Shown here: one piece after another, positions 1 to 8,486 of the stretch | Position numbering within the stretch: position 1 is the stretch's first letter | Layout of the letters: the number at the start of each line of letters is the position of its first letter | NCBI GenBank assembly: GCA_964405095.1 | Contig: CAYOML010000001.1 | Coordinates: 23,311-87,310 of the forward strand | Reading direction: 5' to 3' | DNA length: 64,000 bases | DNA from: an uncultured Candidatus Saccharibacteria bacterium | GTDB taxonomy: Bacteria; Patescibacteriota; Saccharimonadia; Saccharimonadales; EFPC-124 | Notes under the pieces: generated by a model | Told to the model about the DNA's origin: nothing | The model's database searches: none | The model's input: the letters and a program-made list of their open reading frames with translations, nothing else | Translations under genes and position numbers: made by a program

Positions 1-98
1 AGATCAAACTGCTCTTGGTGCGTTCTTCCCATGCAGGGATTATAGCAGGCAAAAAGACTCCCGAGGAAGCCTCTCATTGTGCCTATGCTTGGCTGCTA

Positions 99-524
99 CT
101 AGTGAGCGCACTTCGCAACCCTGAAGCTATGGAACGAGATCCATATAACCCAAACTTGACCTATAAAGGCACTAATTGCCTCTAATAGCAAAACAAACTC
201 ACTATCTTTAGGCACTGTCATAAATAGCAACATAATAAGCCCACTTAGCCCCACTGCCCAGTACGAAATTGGCTGGACGGTTGAGCCTTTATTGTGTTTG
301 CCCATAAAGTAGATACCTGCTAAAAAAGTTAACGAAAAGAACAGCGCCAAGATCCTATGAACAACATCACTTGCAACGTTATTAGGATCGAAAGGCGTGA
401 GAGCCAATATTGCATAGCCAATCATTGAAGCCGTAAATAGCCTTACAGGTACAACGTAGCATTTCTTAAGATGATATCTTGTAAAAACCCAAAAGCTGGT
501 TGCAGCGATCGTCAAACAAAACAT
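99..524 (-). CDS. hypothetical integral membrane protein (about 4 predicted TM helices)
   Basis: ORF track; hydrophobic segments throughout; no recognisable motif. Confidence 0.4.
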   Translation of the reverse strand: MFCLTIAATSFWVFTRYHLKKCYVVPVRLFTASMIGYAILALTPFDPNNVASDVVHRILALFFSLTFLAGIYFMGKHNKGSTVQPISYWAVGLSGLIMLLFMTVPKDSEFVLLLEAISAFIGQVWVIWISFHSFRVAKCAH

Positions 525-589
525 ATTGTTACAAGACCTGCATATTTAGCGAATGGCTCAATGTAGCTTTTTATCACTGTTGAAAGTAT

Positions 590-620
590 AACAAAAAGAC
601 TTCCTAGAAAGTCTTACTAT
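590..620 (-). terminator. hairpin aagacttcctagaaagtctt, followed on the minus strand by a T-run; putative intrinsic terminator for the 718..945 gene
   Basis: inverted repeat 595-614; minus-strand reading gives hairpin then tttttgttat; shares a 17-nt motif with the hairpin at 3349-3380. Confidence 0.45.
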
Positions 621-717
621 GGTGTACATAGCTTCCAGGGCTCACTATGGCCAAAGTTATCTTCGTAATTAAAACAGCACCGCCTGAAACGACGATGCTG
701 TTTTACCGGCGGGAAGG

Positions 718-945
718 TTACTTCCAGCCGAAGGCTTGGCTCAAAATCCAGAGCGTTACCGCAATGGAAATAAAGAACAGCCCTAGCCCAACTGGGCTGC
801 CCCAGCTGAACCATGAGCCCCAAGCTCGCCAGTGGCTCCAGTGAGCCTTTGACAGCTCTTGCCATTGCTCGTACTGCTCTTTGGCTTTCTCTTCCTTATC
901 GACCATGCTGATCTCCTTATTAATTATCGACCAGCCCATATTCAT
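718..945 (-). CDS. small hypothetical membrane protein (charged N-terminus, single C-terminal TM)
   Basis: ORF track; preferred over the overlapping + strand ORF 647..844 because a terminator hairpin follows it on the minus strand. Confidence 0.3.
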   Translation of the reverse strand: MNMGWSIINKEISMVDKEEKAKEQYEQWQELSKAHWSHWRAWGSWFSWGSPVGLGLFFISIAVTLWILSQAFGWK

Positions 946-1092
946 AGATACCGCAAGTCTGTTTACGCTGTGGACTAAACAACCAGACCGCTAGGCGGAT
1001 TTATATCAAACCTATTATAACATTGGCCGACCAGATGCAAGTTCGTTAAAAAACAATTTCACGACCCACAAAAAAATTATAAAATATTAGAT

Positions 1093-2058
1093 ATGAGAGC
1101 AACCACATATGAAGAAGTAAGCTCGGGTGCCCTAAATTCTCCTGAAGCCCGTTCCGATATGGCGATCGATTTAACCCATACAGCCTTACGTGGACTGTAC
1201 AAACGGGGTCTCATAGTTGGAGCTATGTTATTTGGCTCAGCTTTTAGCGGTGACTTGTTCCGTGAACCGGACATTAATCCGCTAAGCGACCTCGATGTCC
1301 TAGTCGTTACAAAGGGCGACTATGGCGAAGGCATGAGATCACTTCGAGATATCCATGCCCTAGTCCTAGGCCGGTTGGCAGTCTCGCTCGAGATGACTTG
1401 GTTAACTGAGCAGCAAGCTCAGGCGGGCGACCACACGGTAGCTCAGCCTATGCACGTATGGCTGCAGCGGCAAGTAATACTACATCCTGAAATGGTAATC
1501 GGCGAGGATCCGACAGAGCTTCTTGAACCAATAGATGTTGATCTAGATGAATATACTGATAGATGGTTCCAGGAAACGCGTAGTAGATTCCAAAAAGCCA
1601 GCGTTTCCCCACATCAGGCCCTTCCGTGGGCATTGAGCCTGCCTCATATAGCTGCTCGTCGATCTATTGATGCACTAAAATACACCCGTAGAGCGGGGCA
1701 GACTGATAAAACGCCTCTTGATGTGACTCGCGAAGGTATCCGTGCCGCAGTGCAAGATATATATGGCAAGCATGACCCAGAAATATGGGAGCTATACCAA
1801 AAGATTGAGGGCATGCAGCGGGATTTTTTATCCTTCCTTATGGATGAGGTAAGTACTGGCGAGGTGAGTAAAACTGAGTACAATGCAACGATAGAAGCAA
1901 TGGCGAGCAGAGCTATCCCGGAGGTGCTAAAGCTGCTTGATAAGATGCATGATGCTTTCGGTAGGGTCGGGTATCCGGTGCTTGACGATGCCCATTTTAG
2001 GCGGGTACAAGAGGCAAATGGGCGAATACCGACATACCAGTACTTCACGGTTGAGTAG
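1093..2058 (+). CDS. Pol-beta superfamily nucleotidyltransferase domain protein with a C-terminal helical domain
   Basis: N-terminal motif GSAFSGDLF...SDLDVLVV matches the GS-x(n)-DxD nucleotidyltransferase signature; a TATAAA-type -10 lies about 9 nt upstream of the ATG. Confidence 0.55.
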   Translation: MRATTYEEVSSGALNSPEARSDMAIDLTHTALRGLYKRGLIVGAMLFGSAFSGDLFREPDINPLSDLDVLVVTKGDYGEGMRSLRDIHALVLGRLAVSLEMTWLTEQQAQAGDHTVAQPMHVWLQRQVILHPEMVIGEDPTELLEPIDVDLDEYTDRWFQETRSRFQKASVSPHQALPWALSLPHIAARRSIDALKYTRRAGQTDKTPLDVTREGIRAAVQDIYGKHDPEIWELYQKIEGMQRDFLSFLMDEVSTGEVSKTEYNATIEAMASRAIPEVLKLLDKMHDAFGRVGYPVLDDAHFRRVQEANGRIPTYQYFTVE

Positions 2059-2117
2059 TAGCGATAGGTATTAATATCTTGCCTGTGGAATTGAGAAGCT
2101 TAAGTGTTGTAGTAGCA

Positions 2118-2702
2118 TTAGGCTGCTACAGAAGCGAGAGACCTAGCAGCTGCTTCTTGCAATGCTTGGAGTCCGCTTCGGATTTCGTACGTGCCGTCTA
2201 GAGCAGCGCCGCCGGTGTGATACGCGTCGTAGCCTGGTTTAACGGTCAGATCTTCAACAGTTGCCTTATGGACTAATCTTGGATTGCTGCCGTCCGCTTC
2301 TGCTGTGAAATGCCACAATTCGCCCTCTGGGTCGAGTGCAATTCCAAATGTATGGTGACCCGTAAGCACTAAGTCGCTGAAGCTACGGGGAAGGTCAATT
2401 TCAGCATCTATTCTGGTGTGAACCACCCAGAAAGGCTCCCGTACAGGCTTGCGGCTCTCGGAGGCTGCCACACCGATCATGCGCAGTGCCCGTGCTCCAA
2501 CAATTCGAGGGATAGTACGCCGAGTGTCTACTTGCACCAACGTGTCCGGCTCAAAGTTTGCTTCGCGGAGCTCTTGGGCAACTCCAAGAGCCTCACCGCG
2601 TAGTACTCCGGCTAAAGTTTCCCTGAGACGATTTTTGGAGGCTGGGTCGGCGTTCCCTAATTCCCCCCAGCCTCGGTCTTCCATCGGGTTAATCATGCGC
2701 AC
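2118..2702 (-). CDS. hypothetical protein (convergent with the nucleotidyltransferase)
   Basis: ORF track only; no motif recognised. Confidence 0.35.
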   Translation of the reverse strand: MRMINPMEDRGWGELGNADPASKNRLRETLAGVLRGEALGVAQELREANFEPDTLVQVDTRRTIPRIVGARALRMIGVAASESRKPVREPFWVVHTRIDAEIDLPRSFSDLVLTGHHTFGIALDPEGELWHFTAEADGSNPRLVHKATVEDLTVKPGYDAYHTGGAALDGTYEIRSGLQALQEAAARSLASVAA

Positions 2703-2774
2703 TATTATAGCACCGATACTCTGTTCTGTAAACTCGCTGCAAGCATAGATATGGGGTGGACGTACTTCGCAACC

Positions 2775-3257
2775 CTAATTCAATAGAGCGACTGCTACAT
2801 TCAAACAAGTTGCAAAACTTACCCATGCAGCATAGGGCGCTAAAAGATACACAGCCGACCTTGAGATCGGCCAAAAAAGCTTAGCCGTCACAAGTATACT
2901 AGCCAGCAACAGAGCAATAATTACCACGCCCGCCCATGGTGCGTGCAAACCAAAGAACACCAATGACCACAGCGCATTTAATACAAGCTGTATCCCAAAA
3001 AACAGGAATGCCCATTTTTTCGTTCCTTTGTACTGAGCAACCCACACAAGATATAGGCTTAAGCCCATGAGTAAATAAAGCACAGTCCATACCGGGCCAA
3101 AAAGCCAGTTTGGAGGGCTGAAAAAAGGCTTTTCCAGAGCAGTGTACCAAGTAGGGATGTTGGCAATGGTTGCGATACTTCCAATGCCTGCTGCAGAAAA
3201 TGAGAGTAGTTCGGATACTAAAAATTTAACTAGCTTAAGCATAATACGATTATACAC
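2775..3257 (-). CDS. tspO: TspO/MBR family tryptophan-rich sensory protein
   Basis: five-TM profile with Trp-rich motifs (PPNWLFGPVWTVLY, WSLVFFGL) typical of TspO. Confidence 0.8.
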   Translation of the reverse strand: MYNRIMLKLVKFLVSELLSFSAAGIGSIATIANIPTWYTALEKPFFSPPNWLFGPVWTVLYLLMGLSLYLVWVAQYKGTKKWAFLFFGIQLVLNALWSLVFFGLHAPWAGVVIIALLLASILVTAKLFWPISRSAVYLLAPYAAWVSFATCLNVAVALLN

Positions 3258-3348
3258 CTATACACCCATTGGTCGCGGGAATGTATTGGCACTCATACTC
3301 AAATCCCTTGCAACTGTTAGTGGATGTGTTTTGCAATAGCGCAATCAT

Positions 3349-3380
3349 AACAAAAAAGACTTCCGAAGAAGTCTTTTAAG
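3349..3380 (-). terminator. intrinsic terminator hairpin aaaagacttccgaagaagtctttt plus T-run on the minus strand, downstream of the NYN gene
   Basis: perfect 9-bp stem; minus-strand reading is followed by ttttgttatg. Confidence 0.5.
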
Positions 3381-3500
3381 CATAAGTACTATGGTTGGGG
3401 GCAAGGTATCTAACCCAAATCTCTTATGAAATAATCTGTGGTGTTTGACAAATTCTGCAAAGACCTGCTAGAATAGAACCATCACCATGACCGGATAGGC

Positions 3501-4031
3501 CTAAGGTTTCGACCGACCGCCGATGCCGGTCTTTTTGTATTCCAACGACTTTTTGAGGTGATCCACGCCAATAATGTACTGCGAGAAGGGTTTAAGGAGT
3601 TTAGAATATTTGCGGTTAGGAGCGAGTACATGCAGAAGTTTGTTCTTGTCGACAAGAAACTCAACAAGACAGGCAAAGTCACCATCACCGCTAACGATTA
3701 TCGCTTTGTCGTAGTTGGCAAACTGAATTGCAGCAGCGTGCAATACAAGCTCAGCGTCAACATTACCCTTAACAGTTTGTTTACCGTTTTCGAAATACTG
3801 CACTGTAGGCTTAAAAACCAAAATAAACCCAGCCTTCTGCAGCTGTGTGTAGAGCTTCTGGTTGTTACTGACCAGGCCAATAAACATAAATGCTTGATCA
3901 ACATGGTACTTATTCCTAAGATACAGCCGGAGCTTTTTATAGTCGATCCGCCAGCCGAGCGTACGGACACCAAGATTCAGGTTCTGACTATCGATGAAAG
4001 CGAAGTTGGAAAGCTTTTTAGAGATGCTCAT
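3501..4031 (-). CDS. NYN/LabA-like (PIN-like) domain protein
   Basis: FIDSQNL...GNVD...IVSGDGDF acidic-residue pattern of NYN domains. Confidence 0.7.
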   Translation of the reverse strand: MSISKKLSNFAFIDSQNLNLGVRTLGWRIDYKKLRLYLRNKYHVDQAFMFIGLVSNNQKLYTQLQKAGFILVFKPTVQYFENGKQTVKGNVDAELVLHAAAIQFANYDKAIIVSGDGDFACLVEFLVDKNKLLHVLAPNRKYSKLLKPFSQYIIGVDHLKKSLEYKKTGIGGRSKP

Positions 4032-4053
4032 ACCTGACGATTATAGCTCACTT

Positions 4054-4128
4054 TGGCTGGGGAGGAGGGATTCGAACCCCCGAATGCTAGGACCAAAACC
4101 TAGTGCCTTACCACTTGGCGACTCCCCA
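4054..4128 (-). tRNA. tRNA-Gln (anticodon TTG)
   Basis: reverse complement folds as a cloverleaf: acceptor TGGGGAG/CTCCCCA, anticodon arm CTAGG-TTTTGGT-CCTAG, T-arm GGGGGTTCGAATCCCTC, CCA encoded. Confidence 0.85.
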
Positions 4129-4206
4129 ATGATGGGTAACAGCCCAGATTATATCTGATATGGCCCCATCTGGGAAGCCTGCACCAGTCCGCAATCGTTA
4201 AGTCGG

Positions 4207-5244
4207 TTGACAAAATGCTTATTTAACTTTGCTACCCAAATAGCACAAACTGTGTATAAGTTATATGCTTACCGGATGAGCATCACAGATAGATTAGGCG
4301 GAGCAGCTGAGTTTACGCCCCGACCGACGATTCCCATCGAACATCTCCCGCACGTTGTTGAGGCCCGCATTGCAGCTACCGATGATCTTAGTGTGCCGTT
4401 TTTTATACATATTGCCGGCGCGTCGGGAGCAGGCAAAACAAGTGCCGCCCGGGCACTCGAGCAGCTTGGCCGCCCAGTTGTGTCTTTTCCTATGGACAAC
4501 TACATGCTCGGCAGGCATTTTGTAAACGAGCTACAGGCTGCCGACCCGGCTTCGTATGGCTGGGACGATGTACAGAACTTTGACCTTGGCCTGATCGCCG
4601 AGCATCTGGCCATCCTTAGGGAGACAGGACAGGTCACTACGCCAGTTTTTGACCGCATGACCAGTGAACCTGCCAAGACGACGCTCACAATATCCGCCGA
4701 GCCCGGCAATATTGTCGTTGTCGAAGGTATCCATGCTTTATCACCGGTTTTGCACCACAATGCCTATATAACATTTTTTATCGACACGCCATTGCACGAC
4801 CGTCTGTGGCGTCGGGCGGTGCGCAACACATTGTACCCAGAATTTAGCAGCACCAATCTCGACAGTCTGCTATCTAACTACTTGCTGCGGGTAGAGCCTG
4901 GTTTTAGGGAGCATGCTTGGCTCCACCGGCAAAGTGCCGATGTCTGGGTGCTTAACCCAGCTTTGCCAACCAGGGACTATGAATATGCGCTAGATAGGGC
5001 ACCCGACGCCTCGCCAGATGCAACATACACGGCTATTTTGGTGCCACATAGCAATGTCGGTTCACTGCAGGCCAACGAACATATCTACTTGAGCCATGAT
5101 TTATCGGCGGCCACAGATGAAGCTAGGTTGAATATTCATTACGTTGTTGGCCACAAAGAACTCCTACAACACCCGTTATCTGCGAGCACCCTTGAGCTCC
5201 TCAGCGATCATTACGATGTGCAACCTCTTGCACCGATTGCATAA
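4207..5244 (+). CDS. uridine kinase / phosphoribulokinase family P-loop kinase
   Basis: Walker A IAGASGAGKTS, then DNY, FD, PVFD and VVEG blocks laid out as in Udk; the true start may be the internal Met (MSITDRL). Confidence 0.65.
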   Translation: MTKCLFNFATQIAQTVYKLYAYRMSITDRLGGAAEFTPRPTIPIEHLPHVVEARIAATDDLSVPFFIHIAGASGAGKTSAARALEQLGRPVVSFPMDNYMLGRHFVNELQAADPASYGWDDVQNFDLGLIAEHLAILRETGQVTTPVFDRMTSEPAKTTLTISAEPGNIVVVEGIHALSPVLHHNAYITFFIDTPLHDRLWRRAVRNTLYPEFSSTNLDSLLSNYLLRVEPGFREHAWLHRQSADVWVLNPALPTRDYEYALDRAPDASPDATYTAILVPHSNVGSLQANEHIYLSHDLSAATDEARLNIHYVVGHKELLQHPLSASTLELLSDHYDVQPLAPIA

Positions 5245-5294
5245 TCCGTCTTATAACAGTGTACTTTATCATAATTTGTGTTATAGTATTCGAG

Positions 5295-7136
5295 ATGTTT
5301 ATTGTTCCCGATTCAATCGAGCGCCGAGTAGGTGCCGAGGAAGCTGCTATTCAAAGCCGTCTCCGCCAACCGGTTCCTTTAGCGACCGAAACAACCTTAC
5401 AGGAAGTGTACGGCGCGGTTGAGGCAGATGTAGCACATGTTATTGCTGACACGTACGACCTGGCTGAGCCGGATGTAGTAATTGACGATATTCCCGGTCA
5501 CCTCGACCACATGGATATTGCCGTCCCAATGTTCCCATACGCCAGGGCAGCACGCACCAGTCCGACTGTAATTGGCCAGGTTGTCGGGTCTTCCCTAGGC
5601 CCCGTCTTGCCAATGGGAATCGACAGCGTCGAAACAACCGGCCCTTACGTCAATATGCGCTTAGACCGCCCGCAGCTGTTTGATGCCGGCCTCCGTGAGG
5701 TACTCACCCAGGGCAGCGCATATGGCAAAGGGAACGTCCAACACGGCAAAACCGTTTTTATTGATTATTCATCACCCAACATAGCTAAGCATCTCGGCAT
5801 CCAACATATCCCTACGACTATAGTAGGTGAGAGCCTGGCCCGTATTAATGAGGCCGAGGGCGCTCACGTTGTCCGCGCTAACTACCTGGGCGACTTTGGC
5901 ACACCATTCGGTAAGATACTGGTTGGCATCGATCGCTACGGCGACCCTGTAGAATTGGCTGCAGACCTAGTTGGCCAGATGCACACGCTGTACGTACGGG
6001 TAAACCGCGAGGTCAAAACCGACCCCGAACTAAGCGAGGCCGTTCGCGACGCATCTGCCCGCCTAGAAAACTCTGACCCCGAGGCAATGCGGGTCTGGGA
6101 AGCGGCCCGTGAGGCTAACATTGCCGAAAACGATGCTCTATACGAGCGTTTAGGCATTCACTTTGACACCACCGCTGGCGAAAGCTATTTTGCCAATTCT
6201 GGCCAAGAGCTAATCGACGAATTGCTAGACCAAGGCATCGCCGTCGAAGAGAACGGTGTTGTCGTTATACCCGCGTCAGACGATACTGATCCGCTTGTTT
6301 TGCGCAGATCCGATGGCTCAACACTGTATGGTACGCGTGATTTAGCCGCTCTGCGTTACCGCGTAGAACGCTACAATCCCGACATTATCAAATATGTCGT
6401 TGGCGCCGAGCAATCTGGCCATTTTGCAAGCGTATTTGCTGTAGCCGCCTTGTCGCGCATTATTAAAAGCCGCGACCAGGTGGAGCATGTGAAGCTCGGC
6501 TTATTTGCCGATCAGACTGGGCGAAAATTGTCATCTCGCAGTGGTGCTACCGACGCTTTTGCTGACCTTGTGGACAACGCCATTGCTACCGCCCACGACA
6601 GTTTGACCGAACGCTACACCGACCAACCGGAACGCCTGGCCGATGTGCCCGAACTGGCACGCAAGCTGGGCATCGCCGCTATTATGTACAGCGTTCTGCG
6701 CCGTGAGGCATCATCAAACACAGTTATTACCCCCGACCTAGGTGTAACCCGTGAAGCGGGTACCGCCGGCTACCTGCAATATACCCACGCCCGGGCGAAT
6801 AGCATCGTGGAACGAGCTGGCCTGTCGGACAATGAATTGCTCGATGGAGAATTGGCTTTTACCACAGACGCCGAGTGGAGGGTTGCCAGAGCAATTATGG
6901 CCTTCCCAGACAGCGTTGCCAGGGCTGCCGAAACAAACGGCCCACATTACATAGCTAAAGCGCTAGAAGACTTAGCTGGCGCGTTCAGCACTATGTACCA
7001 GGCGCGGGACATATCGATTTTAAGCGCCGAAGATCCCAATATCCGGCGTTCCCGCGTCGCCCTCACGCGTTCCGTGCAGGTTGTGTTACAAAACGGCTTA
7101 CAATTACTCAACATAGAAGCCCCCGACCGAATATAA
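5295..7136 (+). CDS. argS: arginine--tRNA ligase
   Basis: class I HIGH-type motif SSPNIAKHLGIQH, length and C-terminal anticodon-binding region typical of ArgS; start placed at ATG 5295, preceded by TATAGT (5282-5287), so likely leaderless; the track's longest ORF begins at 5259 (GTG). Confidence 0.9.
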   Translation: MFIVPDSIERRVGAEEAAIQSRLRQPVPLATETTLQEVYGAVEADVAHVIADTYDLAEPDVVIDDIPGHLDHMDIAVPMFPYARAARTSPTVIGQVVGSSLGPVLPMGIDSVETTGPYVNMRLDRPQLFDAGLREVLTQGSAYGKGNVQHGKTVFIDYSSPNIAKHLGIQHIPTTIVGESLARINEAEGAHVVRANYLGDFGTPFGKILVGIDRYGDPVELAADLVGQMHTLYVRVNREVKTDPELSEAVRDASARLENSDPEAMRVWEAAREANIAENDALYERLGIHFDTTAGESYFANSGQELIDELLDQGIAVEENGVVVIPASDDTDPLVLRRSDGSTLYGTRDLAALRYRVERYNPDIIKYVVGAEQSGHFASVFAVAALSRIIKSRDQVEHVKLGLFADQTGRKLSSRSGATDAFADLVDNAIATAHDSLTERYTDQPERLADVPELARKLGIAAIMYSVLRREASSNTVITPDLGVTREAGTAGYLQYTHARANSIVERAGLSDNELLDGELAFTTDAEWRVARAIMAFPDSVARAAETNGPHYIAKALEDLAGAFSTMYQARDISILSAEDPNIRRSRVALTRSVQVVLQNGLQLLNIEAPDRI

Positions 7137-7223
7137 AGCACTTGATTTTAACGGAGTATACACATAGAATGTTGTGCATCGGCTCATATAAGAAATTAAG
7201 ATACGCGAGGATAAGTTAGCCAG

Positions 7224-7261
7224 ATTGTGGAGTCATCCACAATCTGTACTTAATTTATAAT
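7224..7261 (+). promoter_or_regulatory. perfect 8-4-8 palindrome ATTGTGGA-GTCA-TCCACAAT overlapping the -35 region, then -10 TATAAT 7 nt before the ATG of the SHMT-like gene (leaderless promoter plus candidate operator)
   Basis: palindrome 7224-7243; TATAAT 7256-7261; ATG 7269. Confidence 0.45.
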
Positions 7262-7268
7262 TAGCATT

Positions 7269-8486
7269 ATGCAAGACAAATTAAAAAGTCGTATTCAAGC
7301 ACTCGAAGACAAATACGATAATTTGCTTCACCTGACCGCCAACGAGAATATCATCTCGCCCCTCGCCAAAAGGGCACTTAATTCAACATTGTCTAACCGT
7401 TACAGTATGACCAACAACAACGGGTCGTCTGTTGCCACCTTTGGACGAAATGCGGCCTACAAGAGCCTACTCGAAGTTGACGACTTATACGCCGAGGCTA
7501 CTGCGGCCTTAAATCAGATCCTCCACGCCGAATATTCCACGTTGCGCTGCCTAACCGGCGCCCATGCCATGGCCTGCGTCCTGCTGACAACGACTCAGCC
7601 GGGTGACACTGTTATGACCGTCCCATCCAAGCAAGGCGGGCACTTTTGTACCACTGGTATTCTGGATCTGACCGGCAGAAAGCACGTAGAGACTGTTTAT
7701 GATCCTGATAGTTTAACCTTCGACGCTAAAAAAACCGCCAAAGTCTGCAAGCAAAATAATGTCCGCGTCATCTACCTCGACACATCGGTCTATCTTAAAC
7801 CACACCCCATTAAAGAGTTGCGCGAACTTGTTGGCCCAGACGTACTAATCGTGTACGATGCCAGCCACACCGTAGGTCTGATGATGGGCGGTCAATTCCA
7901 GAGCCCATTGCAAGAAGGCGCCGACATTATTTCGGCCAATAGCCACAAAACCCTACCCGGACCTCACAAAGCAGTGGTCGCGTTTAAAGACCGTGATTTA
8001 GGCGAACGCTTCGAAAAAGAGATCCTCAAGAGCTTTGTATCGAGCACCCACACTAATTCGCTGCTTAGCCTGATTGTGACTATCTTTGAAATGCAAGAGT
8101 TTGGCCGCGATTATGCACAGCAAGTCATTAAGAACGCGCAGGCCCTTGGTGAATATTTGGCTGCCGAAGGTTTAGAAGTGCGCCGCGCTGATGCCGACCA
8201 CATTACCTACAATCACCAGGTACATTTGTACTCACCGCTGGGCCGCACAGAGACAGTTGAAGCATTTTTAGCCAGCAACATCAGCCTTGGTACCAGTGGC
8301 GCATTGGGCGACCGTCTGTTTATTAGGCTCGGCACCCAAGAGATTACGCGCCGCGGCTACAAAGAACTGGACATACAGCACATTGCCCAGATTATTGCAG
8401 CTGTGTTATCGGGCAAAGATGCAGCACAAAATGTTAAGCAATTACTAACCAGTCACACAAAAATCTTATACGGATATAGCGCATAA
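7269..8486 (+). CDS. serine hydroxymethyltransferase-family PLP enzyme with a divergent active site
   Basis: clear homology blocks to GlyA (LTANENIISP vs LIASENYTSP; QPGDTV; SHKTLPGP vs THKTLAGP carrying the PLP lysine; ITRRGYKE), but the Tyr/Arg-rich YAEGYPGKRYYGG block is replaced and the Arg after the PLP lysine is His. Confidence 0.75.
   Translation: MQDKLKSRIQALEDKYDNLLHLTANENIISPLAKRALNSTLSNRYSMTNNNGSSVATFGRNAAYKSLLEVDDLYAEATAALNQILHAEYSTLRCLTGAHAMACVLLTTTQPGDTVMTVPSKQGGHFCTTGILDLTGRKHVETVYDPDSLTFDAKKTAKVCKQNNVRVIYLDTSVYLKPHPIKELRELVGPDVLIVYDASHTVGLMMGGQFQSPLQEGADIISANSHKTLPGPHKAVVAFKDRDLGERFEKEILKSFVSSTHTNSLLSLIVTIFEMQEFGRDYAQQVIKNAQALGEYLAAEGLEVRRADADHITYNHQVHLYSPLGRTETVEAFLASNISLGTSGALGDRLFIRLGTQEITRRGYKELDIQHIAQIIAAVLSGKDAAQNVKQLLTSHTKILYGYSA

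Noticed and set aside
647-844. Plus-strand ORF overlapping the minus-strand small membrane protein 718..945
   Set aside because: Only one of the two can be real. The minus-strand ORF has a TM helix and a terminator hairpin downstream. The plus ORF has neither SD nor promoter-like signal.
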